From TPA_inf: Saccharomyces (Eukaryota): a stretch of DNA of 64,000 bases. Under the pieces are notes generated by a model. The model was given only the letters and a program-made list of their open reading frames with translations. It searched no databases and was not told the DNA's origin. How positions within the stretch are numbered: position 1 is the stretch's first letter; the number at the start of each line of letters is the position of its first letter. Both the position numbers and the translations under genes were made by a program. Positions 34,097 through 47,550 of the stretch are shown piece after piece. The DNA is taken from NCBI GenBank assembly GCA_000146045.2, contig BK006945.2:512001-576000 (forward strand), read 5' to 3'.

Positions 34097-35611
34097 ATGG
34101 CTCCTATTGAATACCTACTGTTTGAAGAACCTACTGGTTACGCAGTTTTCAAGGTTAAGTTGCAACAAGATGACATTGGTTCAAGATTAAAAGAAGTTCA
34201 AGAGCAAATCAATGATTTTGGTGCTTTTACAAAGTTAATCGAACTTGTATCTTTCGCGCCATTCAAAGGTGCTGCTGAAGCCCTTGAAAATGCTAACGAC
34301 ATATCAGAAGGTTTAGTCTCTGAGAGTTTGAAAGCTATCTTGGATTTAAACTTACCAAAGGCTTCCTCGAAAAAGAAGAACATTACTTTGGCTATTTCCG
34401 ATAAAAACTTAGGTCCTTCTATTAAGGAAGAATTTCCATATGTTGATTGTATTTCAAATGAACTTGCTCAGGATTTGATTCGTGGTGTCAGATTACATGG
34501 CGAAAAATTATTCAAAGGTCTACAATCTGGTGACTTAGAAAGAGCCCAATTAGGTTTAGGTCACGCTTACTCCAGAGCTAAAGTGAAGTTCTCTGTTCAA
34601 AAGAACGACAATCACATCATTCAAGCTATTGCTTTATTAGATCAATTAGATAAAGATATCAACACTTTTGCTATGAGAGTTAAAGAGTGGTATGGCTGGC
34701 ATTTCCCCGAACTGGCTAAATTGGTACCAGACAACTACACTTTTGCCAAGTTGGTTCTTTTTATCAAGGACAAAGCTTCATTAAACGATGACTCCTTACA
34801 TGATTTGGCTGCTCTTTTGAATGAGGATTCGGGAATTGCACAAAGAGTCATTGACAATGCCCGTATCTCCATGGGACAAGATATATCAGAAACCGATATG
34901 GAAAATGTTTGTGTTTTCGCTCAGAGAGTCGCTTCCTTAGCTGATTACAGAAGACAATTATACGATTACTTATGCGAAAAAATGCACACTGTTGCACCAA
35001 ACTTATCAGAATTGATTGGTGAAGTGATTGGTGCTAGATTAATTTCTCACGCAGGTTCCCTAACTAATTTATCTAAGCAAGCAGCTTCAACGGTTCAAAT
35101 TCTTGGTGCTGAAAAGGCTTTGTTCAGAGCTTTAAAAACTAAAGGTAACACTCCAAAATACGGTTTGATTTACCACAGTGGTTTTATTTCTAAGGCCTCT
35201 GCCAAGAACAAGGGTCGTATTTCTAGATACTTGGCTAACAAATGTTCTATGGCCTCTAGAATTGACAATTACTCTGAGGAACCATCTAATGTTTTTGGTT
35301 CCGTACTAAAGAAACAAGTTGAGCAAAGATTAGAATTCTACAACACTGGTAAGCCAACTTTGAAGAATGAATTAGCCATTCAAGAAGCCATGGAACTTTA
35401 TAACAAAGATAAACCAGCTGCAGAAGTGGAAGAAACCAAGGAAAAGGAATCCTCAAAGAAGAGAAAATTAGAAGATGATGATGAAGAAAAGAAGGAAAAG
35501 AAAGAGAAAAAATCGAAGAAGGAAAAGAAAGAAAAGAAGGAAAAGAAGGACAAAAAGGAAAAGAAAGATAAAAAGGAAAAGAAGGATAAAAAGAAGAAAA
35601 GTAAGGATTAA
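34097..35611 (+). CDS. NOP56: Nop56/Sik1, box C/D snoRNP core protein with a KKE/D tail
   Basis: 504 aa. Starts MAPIEYLLFEEPTGYAVFKV. Nop domain. C-terminal (KKEKKEKKDKKEKK)n tail. ATG at 34097. PAC-like and RRPE motifs upstream. Confidence 0.94.
   Translation: MAPIEYLLFEEPTGYAVFKVKLQQDDIGSRLKEVQEQINDFGAFTKLIELVSFAPFKGAAEALENANDISEGLVSESLKAILDLNLPKASSKKKNITLAISDKNLGPSIKEEFPYVDCISNELAQDLIRGVRLHGEKLFKGLQSGDLERAQLGLGHAYSRAKVKFSVQKNDNHIIQAIALLDQLDKDINTFAMRVKEWYGWHFPELAKLVPDNYTFAKLVLFIKDKASLNDDSLHDLAALLNEDSGIAQRVIDNARISMGQDISETDMENVCVFAQRVASLADYRRQLYDYLCEKMHTVAPNLSELIGEVIGARLISHAGSLTNLSKQAASTVQILGAEKALFRALKTKGNTPKYGLIYHSGFISKASAKNKGRISRYLANKCSMASRIDNYSEEPSNVFGSVLKKQVEQRLEFYNTGKPTLKNELAIQEAMELYNKDKPAAEVEETKEKESSKKRKLEDDDEEKKEKKEKKSKKEKKEKKEKKDKKEKKDKKEKKDKKKKSKD
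35480..35608 (+). repeat. NOP56: Imperfect tandem AAGGAAAAGAAAGA(A/T) repeats encoding the Nop56 KKE/D tail
   Basis: Purine-only repeats encode (KKEKKEKKDKKEKK)n. Confidence 0.85.
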
Positions 35612-35852
35612 AAGGAACAATGAATCGAAATAAAGTATATCCCATCTTTTTGTGTACTTTTCTTCCCTTTAAAGTTTTTCATATATATATATATTATCTT
35701 TTATTCCCTTCTAATATTCTTCTTTAGGATTTGGAAGCTGTATATTGTATATTTAGAAATATTATTAAATAAAAAAGTCATATGTTATTTTGAGCTTAAG
35801 TACCCTCTTATGCCTCTTTCACTCGCCATTACTGACATTCTGTGATCGCCAT

Positions 35853-36761
35853 TCATATATATAGGCCTGATTGTGCACCAATTGCCGCGCTATCACACCT
35901 CCATAAGCGATAGCATTCTTCAGAATATCTTGAAGGCTCAAAACCAAGCCATTGACCGCACAAATCAACTAAAGAACCCATGTCAGACAACGAAAGTTTC
36001 TCAAATCCATTAGGCCCCTCACTAGGCGCTACAAGACATTTAAATTTCAGTCCCTTACTGGGACCGACAATCAATTGTGTTAGCACACTTCCTATGAATC
36101 CCGTTATAAATTCTGGTGGTTGTAGTGTACATTCATTTTCCGTCATTACCTTCATGCTGGCGATTTTATCAGAGGTGCCAATTACTATTATATCAGGGGA
36201 GAACTGGGCTAACTGTGATATGATAGATCTACTTATCATGTTACCAAAAATCGGCGATATACTAATGAAATTCTCCTCCATAGAAAATAATAACGTCTTT
36301 CCAAATGAATAAATCGGGAAAGAAAAACCATATACTGTTTCATCGGCGGTGTCATTTTTTTGATCAGGATCAACCTCGTTTGGAAAGTTTTCGTCGTAAT
36401 TCCACGAGTGTTTACCTGAAGATTGGGGAAGACTTGGACTTTTCACCGTCAATGTAGTTTTAATTTCACCAATAGAGGTTAATTGAAGCAGATTTTTGGG
36501 GAATAATGGGTTCATTATCTTAGTAGTAATGACGGCTGTCGAATATTGAGGAACATCCAAGTCCTGAGGAAACTCAACTTTTGGAACCGGGCAGACTTCT
36601 AAAGATTGCAGGTTTTTTGAAATCTCTGGGAGATCTAGCAGATGTTTTGGTTCTGGTAAGTCATTCCATTGTTTAAACTTCAAAAAGAATCAAGTAACAT
36701 AAGTTAGTCAAACCACTCTACTCTAGCAAAATATGATGGGGAAAAAAGATTATTGTAACAT
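35853..36761 (-). CDS. PBA1: Pba1/Poc1 proteasome assembly chaperone, spliced: exon 1 36756..36761 (ATGCTT), exon 2 35853..36677
   Basis: Exon 2 encodes 274 aa from FKQWNDLPEPKHLLDLPEISKN to the C-terminal HbYX-like LYI. The track's 'M' at 36683 is a TTG. Upstream on the minus strand, ATGCTT is followed directly by GTATGT (+ 36750-36755). A TGACTAAC branch-like element lies in the intron, and the only available acceptor is AAG (+ 36678-36680). Joined, it reads MLFKQW..., 276 aa, matching my recollection of Pba1. The exon-1 call depends on recalled knowledge. Confidence 0.7.
36678..36755 (-). other. PBA1: PBA1 intron (78 nt): GTATGT donor, GACTAAC branch, unusual AAG acceptor
   Basis: Signals read on the minus strand. 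There is no YAG between the branch point and exon 2. Confidence 0.6.
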
Positions 36762-37011
36762 ACAAGCATCGCTATAAATGAAAATTTTACTGTAGTGCGA
36801 TGATATCTTGGTCGCTGTTTCTTATTATTTCGCCTGTTGCCACCTATTGCCACGCAACTTCTTAAATTGATTTCAATGAAGTCTGAAATTTTGATGCGAA
36901 AGAAAAAAAAAAGTAAAGGCAATAAAACTTCATCAAGTCAAACGTCATCTATAAATAATCCCACTTCAGAATTGAAAAAGACTACATTTGAGTGGAGGAA
37001 CAAAAGCAAAA

Positions 37012-37356
37012 ATGTCTGAATTAGGTGCCAAATATCAACAGTTGCAAAATGAGTTAGAAGAGTTTATTGTGGCCAGACAAAAATTAGAGACACAATTACA
37101 AGAAAACAAGATTGTAAATGAAGAGTTTGACCAATTAGAAGAAGATACACCTGTGTACAAATTGACAGGCAATGTCCTTTTACCAGTTGAACAAAGTGAG
37201 GCACGTACCAACGTGGACAAAAGATTAGAGTTCATCGAAACAGAAATTACAAGATGCGAAAAGAACATAAGGGACAAGCAGGAAGAACTAGAAAAGATGA
37301 GAAGCGAGCTAATTAAACTGAACAATACAGCAGCTTCCACTGGCCCAGGAAGGTAA
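37012..37356 (+). CDS. YKE2: Yke2, prefoldin subunit 6 (beta-class)
   Basis: 114 aa from the first ATG (37012): MSELGAKYQQLQNELEEFIVARQKLETQLQ, coiled coil. The track ORF starts 24 nt earlier at a TTG. Confidence 0.9.
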   Translation: MSELGAKYQQLQNELEEFIVARQKLETQLQENKIVNEEFDQLEEDTPVYKLTGNVLLPVEQSEARTNVDKRLEFIETEITRCEKNIRDKQEELEKMRSELIKLNNTAASTGPGR

Positions 37357-37510
37357 AACAAACTCACAGGTCCTCGGAAAGACAAGAAAGCGCACAGTAC
37401 CAATAAATCTGCCCAAAATAAAATTTTCTTTTATATACAATTATGTAACTTACAAACAAAATACCTACGCATTTCACTGTCCTAAACTTCAAATTGACAT
37501 GTAAGATTGC

Positions 37511-38293
37511 TTAACCCCTAACTAATTGAGATTTGATTAAATTTACCGTAGACATTAACGTATACCAGGCAAACTCTTCAGTATTGTTATAGTACTCACC
37601 CAAACGCATGACCCTATGTAATTTATCCTTTGCAAAAGTAAACGTTTCTTTGTAATTGTGGGATTTATCCTGAGCCATAAATAACTTTGAACCAATGTAG
37701 GTGCTCGAAACAGCCAATCTCTTAGCATACCATGCAGAATCATGGTGGTCCTTTTCGTTGGAAAAGTAAATCATATCATCGGACAATCTGTGTAGTTCAG
37801 GAATTGCAGTTTCAAAGAGAAAGGCGCTTGGAATAGCCAATTGTGACATTAGTTCCGACAAATGCCCACCGATTGGCTTGTCCATCTCCAATCTTTTTAA
37901 CAGCAAATGTTCTAATGAGGGTAGTTTGTATTGTGGAGTTACGTCAGGGTTGATTCCTTCAGTTAAACGATACCTTTTATCTACCAATTGAAACTTTATC
38001 AGTTCCATGACAGCGGTGGAAGAATGGAAAAACGAGGGCGAGTTGGGAGCACCTATTGAAGAGATCATGGAGGAAGGATAGCCGAGCTCATTTAAAGATT
38101 CAACAATGGATCTTTCAGAGAAACCGTGCTCGGGAACAAACTTTTGTAGAGCTAGTGACAATACTTTATACTGGGGTGATTCTTTTCCATAAGTTAAAGG
38201 TTTAATATGAATTGGTTTAACATGTTCGATAGGGTTCGAATGATATAAACGAAAGAATTTACAGCCCGTTCTGGCAGTATTGCGACAAAGCAT
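37511..38293 (-). CDS. COQ9: Coq9, mitochondrial ubiquinone biosynthesis protein
   Basis: 260 aa. Starts MLCRNTARTGCKFFRLYHSNPIEHVKP (presequence-like). ATG confirmed (CAT at 38291-38293). Confidence 0.9.
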   Translation of the reverse strand: MLCRNTARTGCKFFRLYHSNPIEHVKPIHIKPLTYGKESPQYKVLSLALQKFVPEHGFSERSIVESLNELGYPSSMISSIGAPNSPSFFHSSTAVMELIKFQLVDKRYRLTEGINPDVTPQYKLPSLEHLLLKRLEMDKPIGGHLSELMSQLAIPSAFLFETAIPELHRLSDDMIYFSNEKDHHDSAWYAKRLAVSSTYIGSKLFMAQDKSHNYKETFTFAKDKLHRVMRLGEYYNNTEEFAWYTLMSTVNLIKSQLVRG

Positions 38294-38649
38294 GATTTAT
38301 AATGTGGTAAAGACTCTGTTATCTCTTTCCAAATTGGGGTGAAGTACCTTATGTAGGCCCAAAAAAAAAAAAACCCCGTATTATTGTTTCTTACTATTGT
38401 TATTGCTATTTTTCTTCCGCCTAATATAGTCCGAAAAGGAAAGGATATGTCATGGCAACTGTAGTCAGTATACTACTGTATAGGTGAATGGATTAGTTAA
38501 TGGACTATTAGGTCAACCATTACGAAGGGGGTGGGGTTAGTATTTTTGTATTTACAGATATTGAGATATCATACATAAGAAAAAAATTATAATAACGGTA
38601 GAAAACGCATATATTTATAAGATGAAAGTTGGGCATGGCCTCCCGATAA

Positions 38650-39960
38650 TCATTGTCTCTTGATTGTATGGTACCTTTTACCTCTGAACCCGGCAATATA
38701 CATGTTAAATTGATAAACTTCTTGAGGATTCATGTCATTTAATTCCCACTTCGTACTTCCAAATACGTTTCTGACGGGCTCCATTAAGACATCCATTTCC
38801 TTACCGTATTTGGATTTGACAAGATTTATGTCGTCCGTTAGGTCTTTCTTATTGAAACCCGTTGTGAAGATAGCACATTTTGTTTCCAGTAATGCCTTCA
38901 TAGTTTCACCCATCCATGAACCGTGAGATTCTGGAGATGCGTAGCCTGGATGGAAAGTAAAAAAGACATCCATGTATGGATCGTATGGGAAAAAATCTTG
39001 AGCCTCATGGAATACTTCGAAAAAGTTTGTACGATAAATGAATTTCAGAGTCTCGTCTACTCTTTGTACTACCGGCGTAGTAGACTTGACGTACTCCTGT
39101 TTATCCCTTTTATACAGGCATTCGGGTCCAATGAAATGTATTTCGAAACTCTGCTCTGGGAAAAGAAACTGGAGCTGTTTCCAAACGTGGCCCGGCAATT
39201 GAGCTTCAGCACGTGCACCTAGGATGAAAATTCTCATAGCACGGTTCTTAGTTGTGGTTGGTAAAGATCTATTCTCCAACGGATATAAAGTATACCTGAG
39301 AGCAGCCAGAGATTTTAGACCTTCTAAGGTGATAGGCCCCTTTGGGTTCAATGAATACGGGGAAAATTTGTGCAGCAAAGACCCAATCGTAATTGGATAG
39401 CTTAGCATCTTTGTGACTGCGGCTAATTGGAACTCTGTATCCATGGAATAGAATGATCTTGTGTAGAAAAACAAATCCCAGTTTGTTAGGTTAACGGCCT
39501 TGTCGTAGCCTTGCTGTTGGGGAAAATCAAACTCCGGGAAGGGTCTACCGCTTCTTAAGTCATGCTCATAAATATTAACTTTTTTCAGGATTTCATATTT
39601 TTTAGAATCGTGATATGCTTTATCCATCTCCCAAGCCTCTCGTGAGTGATGAGTCGGAATTCCTGACAGAGGACAAGTGTAGTTAATATCTTTGCCGGTA
39701 ACAGGGCAGTGTGCTAGCGTTCTAATCTTGGCGGCCCTTTCACGCAAGTCCACTGAGGGAGACTGATCCCATGGATGGAATCTGTTCTCCGGAGTAGGAT
39801 CTTCTGGAGAGGGAGGAGGATCCAATCCAAGGGCGTTCCTAACGAACCCCATGAGGTGACGACGTGTTTGGTGAGAGACAACTAGCCTGTTGTGTGGCGA
39901 CTTCCTTAGCAGATGGAAATATAGCTGAGTAGCACCCGAAGGAGCATATAGCACGGTCAT
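38650..39960 (-). CDS. MSS51: Mss51, COX1 mRNA translational activator / Cox1 chaperone
   Basis: 436 aa from the first ATG (CAT at 39958-39960): MTVLYAPSGATQLYFHLLRKSPHNRLV. CPV/CPL heme-regulatory-like motifs (CPVTGKD, CPLSG). The track ORF (468 aa) starts at an upstream TTG. Confidence 0.9.
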   Translation of the reverse strand: MTVLYAPSGATQLYFHLLRKSPHNRLVVSHQTRRHLMGFVRNALGLDPPPSPEDPTPENRFHPWDQSPSVDLRERAAKIRTLAHCPVTGKDINYTCPLSGIPTHHSREAWEMDKAYHDSKKYEILKKVNIYEHDLRSGRPFPEFDFPQQQGYDKAVNLTNWDLFFYTRSFYSMDTEFQLAAVTKMLSYPITIGSLLHKFSPYSLNPKGPITLEGLKSLAALRYTLYPLENRSLPTTTKNRAMRIFILGARAEAQLPGHVWKQLQFLFPEQSFEIHFIGPECLYKRDKQEYVKSTTPVVQRVDETLKFIYRTNFFEVFHEAQDFFPYDPYMDVFFTFHPGYASPESHGSWMGETMKALLETKCAIFTTGFNKKDLTDDINLVKSKYGKEMDVLMEPVRNVFGSTKWELNDMNPQEVYQFNMYIAGFRGKRYHTIKRQ

Positions 39961-40185
39961 AGTTCTGGAAGTACAAGTTTGCCAAACTACTTTAAGTCCA
40001 CCTTCGCAATATCTACAGTGTTCTGCGCTTATAAAGTGTAAAAAAACTACAACCAAAGGCCCGCCCTTAGTAGTTGACCAAATATCTACTATTGTCTCTT
40101 GTCAGACTCCTTTGGATTATTTTCTTCGAGCCGCTTTTTCGTAGCGCATGATAAAAAGAGCCCTTTCCCCATACTGCACACTTAA

Positions 40186-40605
<420 letters not shown>

Positions 40606-40723
40606 TAGGGCTGTAAAAACCTCTCACATGTTTTTCTCTGCTGTTTTTCCTTCCCTATTCTTCATATTTTGATATTATTTCATGTATATATTATGTTTGT
40701 ATTTAGACTTTTTTTTTTATACG

Positions 40724-41677
40724 TTATACTATGCTAAGAAAACTCTTTACCAAGAAGTAAAGAACCCAGATCGCGATAATAGAAAGCACCAGCAGCATGA
40801 CCGTGTGGAGTGCTCTTCTAGTAGCAGAATCCTTGTTGAACATCCATTCTTCGTACAAGTACGTAATACACTTGAAGCTGAACTTGCCCATTAACTCGCG
40901 ACGATTCAACTCTCCAATTTCTGCAACGATGTTGAAGTTCCAATCAAAAATGCCTTCTGCGACGCTAATGATCTGCAACTTTTGTGCTTCGGTCAATTCC
41001 GTCCTGGTGGCCAGCTCATAGTTCTTCTTGTATTCCCATTTCAAGCGTGTTTCTTCAGTGGGACCCAGATCGCTGAAGGTGAAGAAGTTTGTGCCCTTTT
41101 TGACCAGTTCCTTCTGTGATAGCTTCTCGAAGTTGGGGAAGAGCCCCAGTCTTCTGTACAAATTCGATCGTATTAGCTTGCCGCCGGCGAAAAGCGCCAA
41201 GTACAGAACGTGACAGTAAGAAAGAATGGTGCATGGCTCCTTGTGTATGTTTTCGTGGATGTTATTGATAAACTGCTGTAGTAGCGGTGGCTTCTGGAAC
41301 GTAGCCAGGAATTCGTTTAATGATTCTGTGCTTTTAAACGTGTTTGAGTATAGCAGCTTCAGGTCCTTATAGATCTGCGTAGATCTTCTAAAATCTTCGA
41401 GCCAAAACTGCTTCAGAATGGTCGAAGTTTGCAGCTCCTCCTCCGTTACGGGGTCATTCAGTAGGCGATCTATCTCTTGCTCGATGGCATCGAACACATA
41501 ATAGTACGCCAGAATACCCTGTCTGTATATAAAGCCATGTCTCATGGCGATGGCCATCTTTATGCCCATGAAGGTATTGATTTTATTGTGGGCATCTCTG
41601 GTTTGAAAGTTGATTCTGTTTGCTAGCGCCCCCACGTCAGTGGGTGAGGGTATGATTGTATTGCTACTGTCCTCCAT
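40724..41677 (-). CDS. HMX1: Hmx1, ER heme oxygenase homolog
   Basis: 317 aa from ATG (CAT at 41675-41677): MEDSSNTIIPSPTDVGALANRINFQTRDAH. Heme-oxygenase-like fold region. C-terminal TM (LLVLSIIAIWVLYFLV). An Aft1 site lies upstream. The track ORF begins at an upstream TTG. Confidence 0.9.
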   Translation of the reverse strand: MEDSSNTIIPSPTDVGALANRINFQTRDAHNKINTFMGIKMAIAMRHGFIYRQGILAYYYVFDAIEQEIDRLLNDPVTEEELQTSTILKQFWLEDFRRSTQIYKDLKLLYSNTFKSTESLNEFLATFQKPPLLQQFINNIHENIHKEPCTILSYCHVLYLALFAGGKLIRSNLYRRLGLFPNFEKLSQKELVKKGTNFFTFSDLGPTEETRLKWEYKKNYELATRTELTEAQKLQIISVAEGIFDWNFNIVAEIGELNRRELMGKFSFKCITYLYEEWMFNKDSATRRALHTVMLLVLSIIAIWVLYFLVKSFLSIV

Positions 41678-42121
41678 TTTTGCGGTTATTTTATGTGTGT
41701 GTGTGTATATATGCTGTGTTATATTGTGCACTGTTAAATAGCTCCTCCTTAGACTAAGCAAGAGAGTATGAGGAGGTTGCTCTTATATACAAACACAAGA
41801 GGGCGAGAGGGGCACCTGGCCATTGCTCCATCACACCCAACTCAGGTGTAAATCGTCCTACTTATGAAGGTCATTAGCCCATGTTTGAAACCGTGTGTTA
41901 CATGGCTCAAATTCCACGGTCCGATAACGCCGACCCCGAGCAGGTGCAAATGGCCAGGCGGTATCGCCAATGATCCGTTTATCTAAAGATAGATAGATGG
42001 CCGAACGTGGACTGCCTCTATGGGTACAATAACATATGCACATGGCAACGGGTCTTGGTGCTCAATCGACGGGCACATACACCCTGACTTTCCCCATCAT
42101 ACGACGATGCTCTAGTAAACT

Positions 42122-42128
42122 TGCACCC
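42122..42128 (+). promoter_or_regulatory. HMX1: Aft1/Aft2 iron-responsive element TGCACCC upstream of HMX1
   Basis: Exact TGCACCC, about 445 bp upstream of the HMX1 ATG (41677, minus strand), inside an unusually GC-rich intergenic island. Confidence 0.5.
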
Positions 42129-42577
42129 GCACCTGTTAGATAAACAAGTGCGCCCAAGATCACAATACCGAAGGGGCGATATCACCACTCAGTATTCTAC
42201 AGTCGAGCATAGCGTAGTCTGGCAGTATCCCGCACGATCCATTGTATTGTTTGTCCAAACCGCATTTTATGTGTAACGATTAATCGTATATACATGGCCT
42301 ACAAGAAATTACCCTGCGGCGAAGGGTGAAAAAAAAAGTAGTGGAAACTAAAGAAAGAAGAGTTTAGTTACGGACCCTTTCAAGGATTGACACACTCCCA
42401 ATATTTTGCTACATTATTGACCTTTGTTGAAGGAGGCGTTCGTTTATTTAATTATTTTGTTCTGTTTTGCCTACAACTGCGAATACGCTCACATTCTAGT
42501 TTGACCTTCACAAATTCTTATCATCTTCTTTTGTTTATTTTGACACACCCCTATTAAGTGTATTTGTTTTGTAAGTA

Positions 42578-44338
42578 ATGTCTAAGCAGTTTGTTCGTTC
42601 TGCAAAGAACATGATGAAGGGCTACTCATCCACACAAGTGCTTGTGAGAGATGCCACGGCGAACGACTCGAGGACTCCATCGATAGACACTCTCGACGAT
42701 TTGGCACAGAGATCTTACGATTCGGTGGACTTCTTCGAGATTATGGATATGTTAGACAAGAGGCTGAACGATAAGGGCAAATACTGGAGACACGTTGCCA
42801 AATCGCTGACCGTTTTGGACTATCTTGTTCGTTTCGGGAGTGAGAACTGTGTGCTATGGTGCAGAGAGAATTTTTACGTAATTAAGACATTAAGGGAATT
42901 CAGACACGAAAATGAGTCCGGATTTGACGAGGGACAAATTATCAGAGTAAAGGCTAAAGAACTCGTCTCTTTGTTGAATGATGAAGAAAGGCTACGCGAA
43001 GAGAGGTCTATGAATACAAGAAACAGAAGGGCGAACAGAGCTGCTAGGCCAAGGCCAAGAAGACAAAGAACAAGGAGCAACCCACACGATTCTTCTCCCT
43101 CTTACCAGGACGATTTGGAAAAGGCCCTAGAGGAGAGCAGAATTACTGCTCAAGAAGATGAACAACGTAGAAGAGAACTGGCCCAGTACGACGATGAAGA
43201 TCCTGACTTCCAAGCTGCCTTACAACTAAGTAAAGAAGAAGAGGAGTTGAAGCAATTGCAGGAACTACAGAGATTACAGAAGCAACAACAGTCTCTGTCT
43301 CAATTTCAAGCTCCTTTACAACAACAACAACCACAACAACAACCAGCGTACTACGACATTTTCGGTAATCCAATCTCCCAAGATGAATACTTACAGTATC
43401 AGTACCAACAGGACCAGGAACAAGCAATGGCTCAGCAAAGATGGCTGGACCAGCAGCAAGAACAACAGCAGCTTGCTGAACAACAATATTTTCAGCAGCA
43501 ACAACAAGCTGCGGCCGCCGCTTCTGCCTTGCAACAGCAACAAACAGCCGCTAATATGCAACAACAACAACAACAGCCCGCTGATTTTCAACAACCTTTG
43601 CCTACAGGTTCTAATAATCCGTTTTCCATGGATAATCTTGAAAGACAAAAGCAGGAGCAACAGCATGCTCAATTGCAAAGACAACAAGAAGAAGCTAGAC
43701 AACAACAAGAACAATTGAAGCTACAACAATTGCAAAGACAACAACAAGAGGAAGCTCAATTACACCAGAAGAGGCAAGAAGAAGCCCAATTACAACAGCA
43801 GCAAGCCCAATTGCTACAACAGCAAGCCCAGTTCCAGCAACAACAACCCTTGAAGCAAACAAGGACTGGGAACCAGTCTATATCGGATAAATACAGCGAC
43901 TTGAATACCTTGTTAGCAACTGGTACAGGGATAGATACTTTTGGTAACACTGGAGAGGCACGTATTCCTGCACAACATACAAAGACAGGCACATTTATAA
44001 ATTCTCAGGGTACAGGCTACAAACAGGTTACTAATGAACCCAAGAACAACCCTTTCTTAAGCAACCAATACACTGGTTTACCAAGCACAAATATCGTGCC
44101 CACGCAAACAGGGTACGGGTTTGGTAACCAACCTCAAAGTCCTCCTACTAATTCTCCTCAGCAAAATCCTACTGGTATAAGCTACTCTCAGCCACAACAG
44201 CAACAACAGCCACAGCAACAACCGCAATACATGCAAAATTTCCAACAACAGCAACCTCAATACGCCCAAAACTTCCAACAACAACCACAATACACTCAAA
44301 ATTATCAACAACAACCACAATACATTCAACCTCATCAA

Positions 44339-44373
<35 letters not shown>

Positions 44374-44419
44374 ACAGGGATATACTCCTGACCAAGGTGT
44401 AAGCTTAATTGATCTTTGA
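42578..44419 (+). CDS. ENT2: Ent2, epsin (ENTH domain, Q-rich, C-terminal clathrin box)
   Basis: 613 aa. ENTH-like N-terminus (MSKQFVRSAKNMMKGYSSTQVLVRDATANDSRTP...). Very long Gln-rich region. Ends with the clathrin-binding LIDL. ATG at 42578. Confidence 0.92.
44203..44376 (+). repeat. ENT2: ENT2 C-terminal Q-rich repeats: four QNFQQQ(Q)PQY units, then a (CAA/CAG)14 poly-Gln tract at 44335-44376
   Basis: caacaacaacagcagcagcagcagcagcaacagcagcaacag. Confidence 0.9.
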
Positions 44420-44468
44420 TACTGTCCTATATATACTTTTTTGTCATGGGTACACATACATGTACGAC

Positions 44469-44494
44469 ATATATATATATATATATATATATAT
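44469..44494. repeat. (AT)13 microsatellite in the ENT2 3' / HRD3 5' intergenic region
   Basis: Perfect atatatatatatatatatatatatat. Confidence 0.9.
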
Positions 44495-44733
44495 TAGCGA
44501 GTTTACATTGATGTAGAGCAGTAACTGGAAGAAATAAAAATTTAAACTTAATACTAGGGGGTCCGTCTTCTCGTGGGTACTTCTTTTACAGTTTTCAACT
44601 TCTGCTGACTTGTATGCCTTCTTGGCGCTTCTTCGGAAAAGTTGACAGCGGGCTTTACTTTAACGGCAAATCGCAGTAAGTAAGCAAGTAACGAACTCGC
44701 ACTTCAGCAAAATAAAAAAGAACAATCGATTAG

Positions 44734-47289
<2,556 letters not shown>

Positions 47290-47550
47290 TGTGGTTTGTA
47301 TAGATATATACATAGACTATCCATAGAAATCACCCACGCATTACCCGAAAGTTTTCAATAAAGCGAACAGCGAGAAGAAAAAAAGCGAAACCGACAGAGA
47401 ATTACCACCCTAGAGCTTTAACCCCATTGAGATCAACACAATTTCGAACAGTGAAAGTGCATTGGCGAAGGTGATACAATTGGCTTCCAGCTCTGAATAA
47501 TAATAACTTACAAGCGCAAAGATAACAGATAATTTTATATCAGCATACAA

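Noticed and set aside
35286-35645. 119-aa ORF antisense to the NOP56 3' end (SFPS repeats)
   Set aside because: It is a mirror image of the purine-rich KKE/D-encoding repeat. It is a repeat-driven artefact, a dubious YLR198C-type ORF.
43143-44395. Several antisense ORFs (94-107 aa, poly-Leu/poly-Val) within ENT2
   Set aside because: They are products of the CAG/CAA repeats read on the opposite strand (CTG/TTG = Leu). They are repeat artefacts.
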